Shown here: in pieces, positions 36,661-48,362 of the stretch | How the letters are laid out: each line of letters starts with the position of its first letter | Position numbering within the stretch: position 1 is the first letter of the stretch | Origin: Chiloscyllium plagiosum | Taxonomy: Eukaryota | Length of the DNA: 64,000 nucleotides | NCBI RefSeq assembly: GCF_004010195.1 | Contig: NC_057718.1 | Coordinates: forward strand, 60,708,795 to 60,772,794 | Reading direction: 5' to 3' | Position numbers and translations under genes: made by a program | The notes under the pieces: generated by a model | Told to the model about the DNA's origin: nothing | Seen by the model: the letters and a program-made list of their open reading frames with translations, nothing else | Databases searched by the model: none

Positions 36661-38939
36661 AAACTTGAACAAGTCGAAAGGTCAGTAATGACTAGAAATG
36701 ACATGTCTACAACACTGAAATTACAGGTACAGTGTCTCAAAACTAGCATCACTAGGACCAAGTCAGGGTTGGATTTTAGATCTTTCCAGTTTTGAGGGTA
36801 AGAAAATGAAACCTTTACTAGATTAATAGGAATTACATAAAATCACCTGAATCAGTTTATTTGTATTAAAGTTTGCAAAAAAAATACATAATAGAAAAGG
36901 AATAACACTTTTAAAAATACAAACAACGTGACAAGGAAAGCACATGGTTTCCCAGGCTGCGCTAGATTCAAAGCATGGATGTTCTAAGCAGCGTCAAGGA
37001 TTGTTCACACCACTGGATGCATGTGAAAATGCTGGCCCGCAAACTCACTGACTCATCCGGCACGCCACCATGCCAATGGCAACACCTGACAAGAATTGCT
37101 CCAGCAAATTATTTTTGTCATTTGATATCAATTCACATTGGAGGATGGAACTTATATGAATGTTTAGCTAACTCCAGTTTTCAGATAGTCAAACTTGTGA
37201 CACTGTACTTCTATTATTAAAAATAACATTATCTTCCATGAAAGAATGATTAGAGATGAAAAGTCTGTTTATTCATGGGACATGGTGTCATCAGAAAAAT
37301 CAGCATGTATTGATTAATTCCATTTGTGGTTTAATATATGGTAATCTATATGACATAAACTTGTGTTTTCTTGAGTCAGAAATCTTGAAGTTTATTTTTA
37401 CAACACTAACTACTAGCAAGGCTACAATATGCACACAAACAGTCTGAGTCTTGTGCTTACTGATGCTAAAGTATTTTTGCACATATATAACTGTCTCACT
37501 GAAGACTGCAGTCATTCCATTCGACTGATAGAATTACTGAAGATGGTGAAACATAACATCATGATGTCATGGCAGTGTATAGGCCTGACTGTTCTTAGGA
37601 TATGGTGATGGTGATGAATTGCCTTCTTGAATACAACTCAATAAATTTCAAAGGGCAGATAAGATTTAACCAAGTTACTGTGTTCTGGAATCACTTGTAG
37701 GCCAGGGTATGTAAGTAACTGACAGATATTTGTGAACTAGATGGGCTTTTACAATAATCCAATACATGCATTGTCATCATTATTGATATCAGTCTTTTAT
37801 TCCATTATACATTTAATTAATTGCTTTTAAATTTCCAGTTACAATGATAACATTTGAACACATGGATCAATCATTAATTGAGGACTCTGAATATTAGTTC
37901 AGTAACATACTAAGATACCACACACCTGCAAAGCTCTCCAACACCACCGTTACCCCTTTCAGTGGGATCATTTTAAAATGCTTGTTTAGTCTTAAAGTCA
38001 ACTATTGATCATTTTGATTATTGGATTAATTTATTGTCACCCTAACAAAGTACTACTGAATACCATCCATATAGGGAATATATTATGCCTCTTATTAGTC
38101 TCAATTACTGACAAAATGATGTACAGACAGGGTCATTGTAGTTATGAGTCCCTTCAGGCTTCATTAAAACTGGAAACATTGGACATTTCCTCATTAGTAA
38201 CAGTCTCCAAACCAACTAATAAGTTACTTGCTTGCTGAGATTTGAAGTGGGAAGGCGATTAATTCGCATGATGATCGATATTGCAGTTACTGTTAAAGCT
38301 TCTATGTAATGGGGAGACAACTTTACTCGTCTCAACTTCATGCTTGCCCACAACTGAGACTCAGACTGATTACTGTCAGAAATGCAAGCTGTGAATGTTA
38401 GAAACTTTCAAGCTCAGAACATTTACTAATTTCTTTAATGAGTTTTCTTGCACAGTTAATTGCTGGAAATGTTAGATCTGAGTCAAACTTCATATTATGA
38501 TCGAAAGCAGGCAATAGTTCTTTGTCACTTCAACTTACGTAATACTTTATTGAAATATTTATTTGAATGAATAATTTGGGTTATACAATTGGGGCTGGTT
38601 GCCTACGTTTGAATTCTTACCTTAGATGAGATTTGTCTATCGGTATGGCCCTGAGGTATGCTTTCTACAAGGTTGAGGGAGGGTTTCTGGATGGACGACT
38701 CAGAAGAAAGTCTTTTAATAGTTTTACGCATCTAACAACTGACCTAATTAACCAAGTGGCTGTCTGTTAGACAGGATATCAACAAAGAAAGTGTAGGCAG
38801 AAAGGAAGAGATTATGAACAGTGATGGGTGTAGAATCAGATCGGGATTGAGTAATGGGAGATGGTCGTTGAGGGGAAAAACCATGTAAGCAAAAATCCAG
38901 AGATTGTTGAAATCACAGAGAGAGAGTTCCAGGATGGCC

Positions 38940-39505
38940 AGTTATAGAGTCATACAGAACAGAAACATTCATTTCGGTCCAACCTGTCCATGCCAATCAA
39001 GCATGGTCTGGAGTAAACTAGGCCCATTTGACTGAATTTGGCCCATATCCTTCTAAACCTTGCCAATTCAAATCAGTTTCTATCCAAATTCTTTTAAATG
39101 TTGTAACTGTACCTGCGTCTACCACTTCCTCTGGCAATTCATTCCAGAGACCAACCTTTGTGTGAAATGGTGCCCCTCAGGTCCTTTTTAAATCTTTCTC
39201 TTCTCATCTTAAAAATATGCCTCTTAAATTTGAACATCCTCACCCCAGGAGAAAGATCTTTGCTATTCACCTTGTCTATATCCCATATACTTTTATAAAC
39301 CTCTATAAGATCACTGCTGAATCTCCTGTGCGCCAGTAAAAAGTAAGTTCCAGCCTATTCGGCTCTCCCTAAAACTTAAACTTCCTGTCTCAGTAACATT
39401 CAGGTAAATCTTTTCTGAACCCTCTTCAGTTTAATAATATCCTTGTTATAGCAAGGCAACCTGAACCGTGCACAATACTCCTAAAGAAGCCTTACCAACA
39501 TCTCC
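38940..39505 (-). mobile_element. CR1/HER1-like LINE 3' fragment
   Basis: Left end gttatagagtcatacag; colinear with the other minus CR1 copies. Confidence 0.85.
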
Positions 39506-39819
39506 AGCATGCTTTGTTCATCCCCAATTTACCTTTGAACTGAATAGCTTGAGTTAATCATATTACCGTGGGTCTGGAATCACACATTGCCGAGGTTAGG
39601 CAAGTGTGGCACATGTTTGCACTGTAGGATGTCATTTTTATGGAAGTTGATGCTAGTTTCATGTTCATCATTGCCCAAGACTAGATTTTGTTTCCAGAAT
39701 TATTAATTGAATTTAAATTCTACTACTGCTGCAGTGAGATTCAAAACTTTGTTCCCACAGCATTAACATGTGGCTTCTGGATTATGAGGTGAGCGATCTT
39801 ACCACTACATCATTGTCTC

Positions 39820-40057
39820 CCTCCCCAGATCCACTTACCATTGTGAGGAAATGTGCTTCCTGGCAGCTGTAATATTACAATATGTCGCCTCATTCTCAAC
39901 TTCTTTATCAGAGAAAACAGTTCAACTTCATCTCTAACTCCATTCTTCATCTTAAATGCCGCAATTAAATAACCAAAATATCTTGTATGCTCAAGAGAAT
40001 ACAACCCAAGTTTCAGCAACCTGTCCCCATAATTAAATATTTAACCTTGGATTAATT
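39820..40057 (-). mobile_element. Old CR1 fragment split by the Gypsy insertion (continues at about 46884-47040)
   Basis: Minus peptide LKLGLYSLEHTRYFGYLIAAFKMKNG; CR1-like text ctggtgaatct..gtgcccagaattg resumes after the 3' LTR. Confidence 0.6.
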
Positions 40058-40061
40058 CTGA

Positions 40062-40743
40062 TGTTATGAAAGTATAGATGTGCATTGTACCTTTAAGAGA
40101 GTGTGAAAGCTAACAAGGACTTAACAAGCACAGAGTGTGCTGAAAAAATTTAAAAATGTAACATTTAGCTGTGAAAACAATTGGTTGAGCTGTTGCTATG
40201 ATACACGACAAGTTCTAATTTGGCCAATTAGTTTAAATTATGCCCCAAGATACTAAAATCCAATTGATTTTGAATCTTACTGTTTTGACAACATCAAACC
40301 AATGAGACAATCCAATGTTTCGGGGTATAAAATTGGGCATTTTGAGCAGTTAGCCAGAATGGCGAAGAGCACTGACAAACACAGACGGCCTGCAGTATCG
40401 CTTTCTGAAATGAACCTGTTCATATGAAATCTGTGCACCAGAAGATCAAGGAAAAGATCCAGACAAATCTCCAGAGGAAAAGTCAGAGTAGAATCAACAT
40501 TGCTGACTAATTTGAAGTTTGAATTTTTTTTGTAACTCTTAATTCTGAGATTTTATCAGATCAGTATAGTGTTGTAGAGTGGGAGGTAGATATATTGATC
40601 AGACAAAAGAGGCTTACAGTGTAGATAGTTGCTACTTAATATTCCTTTTTTTCTTGGAGTTAAAGAATAAATTGTTAAAGCAAGGTGAGATTTTCTGGGT
40701 GTTTGATTTAATTAGCAGAAGGATTTTCCACCATTTTGTAACA
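40062..40743 (+). repeat. 5' LTR
   Basis: TG..CA ends, ggggtataaaa near 40322, aataaa near 40665; homologous to 46160-46879 but lacking about 60 bp near its 3' end. Confidence 0.92.
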
Positions 40744-40746
40744 GCT

Positions 40747-40756
40747 TGGGGGCTCG
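40747..40756 (+). promoter_or_regulatory. Primer-binding site, tRNA-Pro-like (partial)
   Basis: tgggggctcg lies 3 nt after the LTR and matches the start of the canonical Pro PBS TGGGGGCTCGTCCGGGAT. Confidence 0.7.
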
Positions 40757-41115
40757 GGTCAGTGATTTGGATCTGTCTTAAGAAGCTAGGCAGGTCAGAC
40801 AAGTCCAGACAAGTCATGGGGACAGTGATGAGCTGGAAGTTTGAAACTAGGATGAGGTGAGGGAAGGGGAAATGAGGAAACTGTTGAAGTCCACATTGAT
40901 GCCCTGGGGTTGAAGTGTTCCGAGGCGGAAGATGAGGCGTTCTTCCTCCAGGCGTCTGGTGGTGAGGGAGCGGAGGTGGAGGAGGCCCAGCACCTCCATA
41001 CCCTGGGCAGAGTGGGAGGGGGAGTTGAAATGTTGAGCCACGGGGCGATTTGGTTGATTGGTGCGGGTGTCTCAGAGATGTTCCCTAAAGCGCTCTGCTA
41101 GGAGGCGCCCACTCT

Positions 41116-41655
41116 NNNNNNNNNNNNNNNNNNNNNNNNNNNNNNNNNNNNNNNNNNNNNNNNNNNNNNNNNNNNNNNNNNNNNNNNNNNNNNNNNNNNN
41201 NNNNNNNNNNNNNNNNNNNNNNNNNNNNNNNNNNNNNNNNNNNNNNNNNNNNNNNNNNNNNNNNNNNNNNNNNNNNNNNNNNNNNNNNNNNNNNNNNNNN
41301 NNNNNNNNNNNNNNNNNNNNNNNNNNNNNNNNNNNNNNNNNNNNNNNNNNNNNNNNNNNNNNNNNNNNNNNNNNNNNNNNNNNNNNNNNNNNNNNNNNNN
41401 NNNNNNNNNNNNNNNNNNNNNNNNNNNNNNNNNNNNNNNNNNNNNNNNNNNNNNNNNNNNNNNNNNNNNNNNNNNNNNNNNNNNNNNNNNNNNNNNNNNN
41501 NNNNNNNNNNNNNNNNNNNNNNNNNNNNNNNNNNNNNNNNNNNNNNNNNNNNNNNNNNNNNNNNNNNNNNNNNNNNNNNNNNNNNNNNNNNNNNNNNNNN
41601 NNNNNNNNNNNNNNNNNNNNNNNNNNNNNNNNNNNNNNNNNNNNNNNNNNNNNNN
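41116..41655. other. Assembly gap (540 N)
   Basis: Run of N. Confidence 1.
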
Positions 41656-41690
41656 TCCTGATGAAGGGCTTTTGCCCGAAACGTAGATTT
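41656..41690 (+). ncRNA. Minimal type I hammerhead ribozyme, intact core (family A)
   Basis: tc CTGATGA a GGGC tttt GCCC GAAA cgta | ga: perfect stem II, ACGT palindrome, GUA triplet. Confidence 0.8.
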
Positions 41691-41919
41691 TGCTGAAGCT
41701 CCTCGATGCTGCCTGAACTGCTGTGCTCTTCCAGCACCATTGATCCAGAATCTGGTTTCCAGCATCTGCAGTCATTGTTTTTACCTTAGACAGATCCAGT
41801 CTGAGATTTGGACAGATTTGAACATAAACCCAGTAGATTTAAACACTTGTCGGTTAGTGAGGTGAGACAATTTGCTTACTTTTGGTTACTTATGGTTGGT
41901 TAAATTAAAAGTGAGAGAA

Positions 41920-43100
41920 ATGCCTCTTAAAGTTGCTAAAGATATTCTGGAGTTTGAAAATGAATCCCAAATTTGCCAAGAAAGTTTAGAAAGAAAAGAG
42001 CATACACTTAGAATTAGCAAAGATGTTAGAATTGGGTTTAACCAAGGACAAAAGTAAAGCAGATATTGTAAGGGAATTACTCAAACACTTAGTGTGTCAG
42101 AGAAACAGACAAGTGCAGTAGTGTTAGGAAAACTTAAATTACAATTGAGGAAAATGGACTTAGAAGATAAACAAAGAGCGAGAAAGGGGAAAGAGAGAGG
42201 GAGAGAAAAAGAGAAAGAGAGAGAAGAAAGAGAAAATGAAAGAATTTGAACTTGAGAAGTTGCGACTTAGTCAGCAAAGTCAAGTTAATAGGATGAAAAT
42301 TAAATGGGAAGGCAGTGATATACACAACTATGTTGAAACCCTACTGCATTTTGATGAGAATGATGTTGAAGCCTTCTTTATTTCACTTGAAAAATTGGCT
42401 AGACAGATGGAGTGGTCCGAGGACTTGTGGGTAATGTTAGTTCAGACTAAACTGGTAGGCAGTGCTAATGAGGTATTTGCCGCACTGTCAGACACGGGGT
42501 CAAGAGATTATGAACAGATCAAATAGGTTATTTTAAGTTTTTATGAATTGGCACCAGAAACGTATAGACCGGTTCAGAAATAAATAAAGAAGGAACTAGC
42601 TCAGACTTAAATAGAGTTCAAAAGAATTAAACATAGTCATTTTGATAGATGGGTGTGGTCTTAAAAATAGATAAGATCTATGAGGCTCTAAGAGAGATTT
42701 TTCTGCTGGAGGATTTTAAAAACTCACTACCAAAGATGGCAAGAATTCTCGTAGATGAATAGAATGTTCAGGAAGTGAGAAGAGTAGCAGAGTTAGCAGA
42801 TGAATACTCGTTGGTGCATAAGACAAGCTTCTGGCAAGAATTTCATCCTGTGTGGGATAGAATTTGGAGAAGGGGTGATCCTACATTACAAAACAAAGAC
42901 ATTGTTAATTGTTTACCACAGGTTTAAAAAAAAAGCCCAAGAGGATGAAAAGGAGGTGAAAGGCTTCAGGTATTTTCACTGTAATTGAATGGGCCACAGA
43001 AAATTACAATGCCAGTGGTTTAAGAAGGGCACTGGGAAAAGGTGATTTCACTGCCAGAAAGTGGGACACGTAAAATCACAGTGCTGGTCAATAAAGAAAG
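41920..43100 (+). pseudogene. gag: Gypsy gag (disrupted)
   Basis: VEAFFISLEKLARQMEWSEDLWVMLVQTKLVG..DYEQIK; R/E-rich coiled coil; two CCHC-like knuckles (FHCN*MGHRKLQC near 42975, FHCQKVGHVKSQCW near 43046). Confidence 0.8.
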
Positions 43101-44471
43101 GTATTATGGGAAAAGATGTGGTAAAAGAAGCTAGGCCAGTGAAGGTAGTAAAGAAAACCCCAAGGACAGCCGAGGAGCTGCAGGAGAGTGCATAGGCTAG
43201 GCAGGGGCTGGGTATGGAGTCTGATCTCTACAAAGAATTTGCCTCTGTGGGTAAAGTTTACTCAGAAAGAACAGGGGGAGAAGGGCAACAAGTTACAATT
43301 TTGAGAGATACAGGATCTAACCACTCTCTGACAGTTAGGGCTGAATGTACTTGAGCTCTTTCTGACCTGTTACACAAGAGGGTGGTAATTTGTTGGATAG
43401 ATGGACAGAAATTTAGCGCTCCCCTATGTAAGATCAGGTTGGAGTGCCAACTCTAGACTGGGGAAGTAACAGTGGGAGTGATTGACAGAGTGTCAGTTCC
43501 AGGTATGCAGTTTATTCTTGGGAGCAATTTAGCAGCGTCCAAGGTGGGAGTGACACCCCTTGTTTTGAAGAAACCCAAGGGAGACCAGTAAACTGAGGAG
43601 TTAAAAGAAAAATATCCTGGTGTTTTCCCAAATGTGTAGTAACAAGGTCCCACTATCAGAAGGTCACAGCAGGAAGCAAAAACTAAACAGAAAAATAAAG
43701 GATTTGAAGTTCAGTTAGCAGACACCCTGTTTGACATAATAGTGCTGGAAAAACATGAACAAGCAGCGTGTCAGACAGAAGTGTTTAGTCCTGAAAGGCT
43801 AATGGACTTGCAACAAAAGATGAGACAATAAAAGATATATATGTGGATGTGCACTCTGAAAAGGAGGCAAAGGATATTCCTGAGGTTATTATCTGAAAGA
43901 ACTAGAGAAACAGGTGTTAGTTACTGCCCCACAGAGTGAGGAAGCAAATTCAGATGTTGTGGAATTTGTTGTGCCTCAAAATATATTAAACAATGAGGAG
44001 GTCTTTGAAGTGTGGGATAGAATACAATTAAAACTTTGTTACAGCAGTAGGAAAACATATGTCGGTATAAGATTGGAAGAACTAATGCATTGTGCACGAG
44101 GTAGATGTAGGGAATGTTGTTCCAATAAATCAACACCCCTATTGGCTTAATCCTTTCAAAGCCAGACAGGTCCAGAAGTAAGTGGAGGTCATGCTCAATG
44201 AAAATATCATCAAACCAAGTCAGAGAGAGTGAAGTTCCCAGATTGTCTTAGTTCCCAAACCTCATGGGACTCAATGATTTTGCATGGATTATCGAAAGGT
44301 CAACGCCATACCAAAATTGAACTCATACCCAATACTGAGATTGGAGGACTGTATAGATAATGTTGGATAAGCCAGTTACATCACAAGGTTGGATTTACTG
44401 CATGGGTACCTTTATCTGAGAAGGTGAAAAGAATTTCTGCATTTGTAACCCCAGTGTTTTATCTTTATTGT

Positions 44472-44782
44472 GGGTGGCACGGTGGCACAGTGGTTAGCAC
44501 TGCTGCCTCATAGCACCAGGGACCCAGGTTCAATTCCCGCCTCGGGCTACTGTCTCTGGTGTTTGCATATTCTCCCCGTGTCTGCGCGGGTATCCTCCCA
44601 GTGCTCCAGTTTCCTCCCACAGTCCAAAGATGTGCAGGTCAGGTGAATTGGCCATGCTAAGTTGTCCGTAGTGTTAAGTGAAGGGGTAAATGTAGGGAAA
44701 TGGGTCTGGGTCAGTTGCTCTTCGCAGGGTTGGTGTGGACTTGTTGGGCCAAAGGGCCTGTTTCCACACTGTAAGTAATCGA
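44472..44782 (+). mobile_element. HE1-like SINE inserted in Gypsy RT
   Basis: Full HE1-type head, V-domain and tail between RT motifs AFVTP and NGLYQ. Confidence 0.95.
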
Positions 44783-45348
44783 AATGGGCTATATCAATTA
44801 AAAGTTATGCCCTTTGGAATGAAGAACACAACTGCCACATTCTAAAGACTCATGAACAGAGTTGTCGCTGAGTTAACAAACTGTGCAATCTATTTGGACA
44901 ACGTAGTGATCTTTAGTAAGTCCTGGAAAAGTCACATGATACAGTTGGCAGAGATCTTTGACCAACTAAAAGAAGCAAAACTGGTAATAAACTTAAATAA
45001 AACTGAATTTGCAAAAACAGAGGTGATGTTCTTGGGACATAACATCAGTCATGGAAGGTTGACCCAAGGAACACAGAGATGAAGGCAATCGAGAAAGTTC
45101 CAAGAGCAATCTTGAAGAAGAGGTGCTTCGACTTTTGGGACTAAGCGGATCCTATCAGAGGTTTGTTCCAAACTTCAGCAGCGGAGTGGCACCATTAACC
45201 AACTTACTGAAGAAGAACACAAAATTTCAGTGGACACAATAATGCCAGGAGGCATTTAACAATTTAAAAGCAATATTAACCACTGGACTAGCTTTAGCAA
45301 CACCAAACCTTTTGAAATGCTTTAAAGTTGCCATCAATGCTATTGACA

Positions 45349-45645
45349 TAGATTAGATTAGATTCCCCTAGTGTGGAAACAGTTCCTTCAGCCCAACCAG
45401 TCCACCGAAGAGTAACCCACCCAGACCAATTTCCCTCTGACTAATGTGCCTAACACTATGGGCAATTTAGCATGGCCAATTCACCTGGCCTGCATATCTT
45501 TAGACTATGGGAGGAAACCAGAGCACCAGGAGGGAACCCACATAGAAATAGGGAGAATGTGCAAACTCCACACAGACAGTTGCACAAGGCTGGAAGTGAA
45601 CCTGGTGCTGTGAGGCAGCAGTGCTAACCACTGAGCCACCATGCC
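45349..45645 (-). mobile_element. HE1-like SINE inserted in Gypsy RNase H
   Basis: Reverse-complement HE1 with (tagat)n end, splitting the DASD/GVGA-like motif. Confidence 0.93.
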
Positions 45646-46149
45646 AGAGTTGGAGCTGCACCGCTACAGGACGATGAAGATGGAATTGAACTGCCAGTTG
45701 GTTACTTTTCAAAGAAACTCAACACCCATCAGAGAAAATACTCTACGATTGAAGAAGAACTATTGAGTTTGGTACTGGCCTTACAACATTTTAATGTTTA
45801 TGTCGCGAACAATGTGTCAGAGATTGTTGTATACATGGATCACAATCCACTTACACTCTTGGAATACTTTAAAGACAAGAATATGAGACTATTTCATTGA
45901 AGTCTTATGTTACAGACTTTTAATTTACAAATTGTATATGTTGTGGTTGTAAGGATGTAATAGCAGATGTGTTATCGTGGATTTAACTGATAAAGTATAG
46001 ATGAGATTGGTATCCATTCAACACTTTATATGCGTGGGAAGAAGTTAATGTGAACTTAGATTAAAATCGTGTGTCTGTCATGGTAATGTGGTTAAGGAAT
46101 AGAAAACAATTGAAGCCATCTTTTCATTTTGATGGTTCATTCTATTCTT

Positions 46150-46159
46150 AAGGGGGAGG
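46150..46159 (+). promoter_or_regulatory. Polypurine tract
   Basis: aagggggagg immediately before the 3' LTR. Confidence 0.85.
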
Positions 46160-46879
46160 TGTTATGAAGGTGTAGATCTGTACTGTACCTTTAAGAAAAA
46201 GTGAAAGCTGGCAAGGACTTAACAAGCATAGCGTGTGCTGGAAAAATTAAAAAATGTGAAACACATAGCTGAGCTATTGCTATGGTACACAACAAATTCG
46301 AATTTGGCCAATCAGTTTAAATTATGCCACAAGTTGCCAAAATTCAGTCGATTTTGATTTTTACTGTTTTGACGACACCAAACCAATGAGACCATCGATG
46401 TTTAGGGGTATAAAAATCAGGACTTTTGAACAGTTAGCCAGAGTGACGAGGAGCACCGACAAACACAGTTGGACTGCAGAATCGCTCTCTGAAAGGTACC
46501 TGTTCATATGAAACTGTGCAGCAGAAAACTGAAGAAAAAATCCCAGAAAAATCTACAGAGGAAGATTCAGAGGAGAATTGACACAGCTGACTGGTTTTGA
46601 AATTTGAATTTTTTGTAGATCTTAATTGGTGGGTAGTATCGGATCTATAGTTTTGTAGAGTGGGAGGTAAATAGATTGATCAGACAAAAGAAGTTACAGT
46701 ATAGTTGTTGCTTAATATTCTTTTTTTTCTTGGAGTTAAAGAATAAATTGCTAACTTTTTCTTTAACTCGTGGGATTTGGTATTTCTTTGTCATTCGTAT
46801 TTTTACAGACTATGAGGCGAGGTGAGCTTTTCTGTGTGTCTGGTTTAAATTAGCAGAATGGTTTCCCTGTATCATAACA
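46160..46879 (+). repeat. 3' LTR
   Basis: tgttatgaagg..atcataaca; homologous to the 5' LTR. Confidence 0.92.
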
Positions 46880-47439
46880 CTGGTGAATCTGTGCGCCATT
46901 CAAATGTTTATAAATCCTTTTCTCAACTGTAGTGCCCAGAATTGAGACATTCATGATATAGCTGAGCCAAACTTTATACAACTACAATACAACTTCCATC
47001 CTTCCATATTTTAACTGCTTCAAGGTAAAGCCCTTGTTAATTATTGGGGTGCCTGAAAAACTGAATTTTCCTCCTATTTATTGTGTCGCATGAGAGTTAA
47101 TTTAACAGTTATCATATTAATACTTAACTTTGCAAAATTCTAGCTTATTAAAATAAAGGGAAGAATTGTGAAAAACACAGAGTGTTTTAATATGCACATA
47201 ATGCATGTTAAACTAGCATCAACAATGTGTCTGGTGCCACACGCACCCAACTATCAGTACATGGTTTTCAAAAATAAGAGTTACTTCTTAGAAGGATGAG
47301 AACTAACTTACAGATAAAGGTAAGGCAAGGTGACAATGATCATCCATCATTATTAGGGAACAGAAAATATGTAAGATGGTGGGGCTGACAAAACTACTCA
47401 TGCTTCTTGCATGTTAATTTATTCATGGTATGTGACTGT

Positions 47440-48362
47440 CACAGATGACACTAAAACTGGAGGTGTGGATTGCAAAGAAGGTTACCTCAGATAACAATGG
47501 GATCTTGATCAGATGGGCCAGTGGGCTGAGGAGTGGTAGATGGAGTTTAGTTTAGATAAATGCAAGGCGCTGCATTTTGGGAAAGCAAATCTTAGCAGGA
47601 TTCATATACTTAATGGTAAGGTCCTAGGAAGTGTTGCTGAATAACGAGACCTTGGAGTGCAGGTTCATAGCTCCTTGAAAGTGGAGTTGCAGGTGGATAG
47701 AATAGTGAAGAAGGCTTTTGGTATGCTTTCCTTTATTGGTCAGAGCGTTACGCATAGGAGTTGGTAGCTCATGTTGTGGCTATGCAGGACATTGATTAGG
47801 CCATTTTTGGAATATTGTGTGCAATTTTGGTCTCCTTCCTATCAGAAGGATGTTGTGAAACTTGAAAGGGTTCAGAAAAGATTTACAAGGATGTTGCCAG
47901 GGTTGGAGGCTTTGAGTTATAGGGAGAAGCTGAATAGGCTGGGGTTGTTTTCCCTAGAGTATCAAAGGCTGAGGGGTGATCTTATAGTGGTTTATTAAAT
48001 CATGAGGGGCATGGATAGAATAAATAGACAAAGTCTCTTTCTCTGGAGTGGGGAGTCCTTAACTAGAGGGCATAGGTATAGGGTGAGAGGGGAAAGATAT
48101 AAAAGGGACCTAAGGGGCAACATTTTCATGTAGATGGTATGCGTGTGTGGAATGAGCTGCCAGAGGGAGTGGTGGAGGCTGGTACAATTACAACATTTAA
48201 AAGGCTTCTGGATGGGTATATGAATAGGAAGGGTTTGGAGGGATATGGGCCAAGTGCTGGCAGGTGGGACTAGATTAGATTGGGATATCTTGTAAGCATG
48301 GACAAGTTGGACCAAATGGTCTGTTTCCATTGTGTACATCTCTATGACTTTATGACTCTATG
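47440..48362 (+). mobile_element. CR1/HER1-like LINE 3' 0.9 kb
   Basis: DDTKTGG start; LIRPFLEYCVQFWSPSYQKDVVKLERVQKRF; tail ctatgactttatgactctatg; inserted into the tail of another LINE. Confidence 0.95.

Larger units (their letters stand above)
40790..41787. mobile_element. Penelope-like family A insertion in the Gypsy leader, spanning a gap
   Basis: Minus-strand GIY-YIG C-terminus (AERFREHL..AQHFNSPSHS..RRLEEERLIFRLGTLQPQGINVDF) left of the gap; plus-strand hammerhead repeat with tail right of the gap. Confidence 0.85.
43240..45986 (+). pseudogene. pol: Gypsy pol (PR, RT, RNase H; no integrase seen)
   Basis: ILRDTGS near 43300; DYRKVNA near 44287; MPFG near 44807; IYLDNV near 44888; YSTIEEELLSLVLALQHF near 45740; ends at IADVLS-WI* followed by UTR and PPT. 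Confidence 0.88.
40062..46879 (+). mobile_element. Ty3/Gypsy LTR retrotransposon provirus (Gmr1-like), inactivated
   Basis: Two LTRs tgttatgaa..taaca; 4-bp TSD ctga/ctgg; PBS, gag, PR, RT, RNase H and PPT recognisable; many stops and frameshifts. Confidence 0.92.

Noticed and set aside
38615..38745. Candidate exon from splice-like motifs (cttacc, gaggtatg)
   Set aside because: All minus frames contain stops and no recognisable peptide results.
42170..42235. GA-rich tract as an independent microsatellite
   Set aside because: It lies in gag and encodes the R/E-rich coiled-coil segment.
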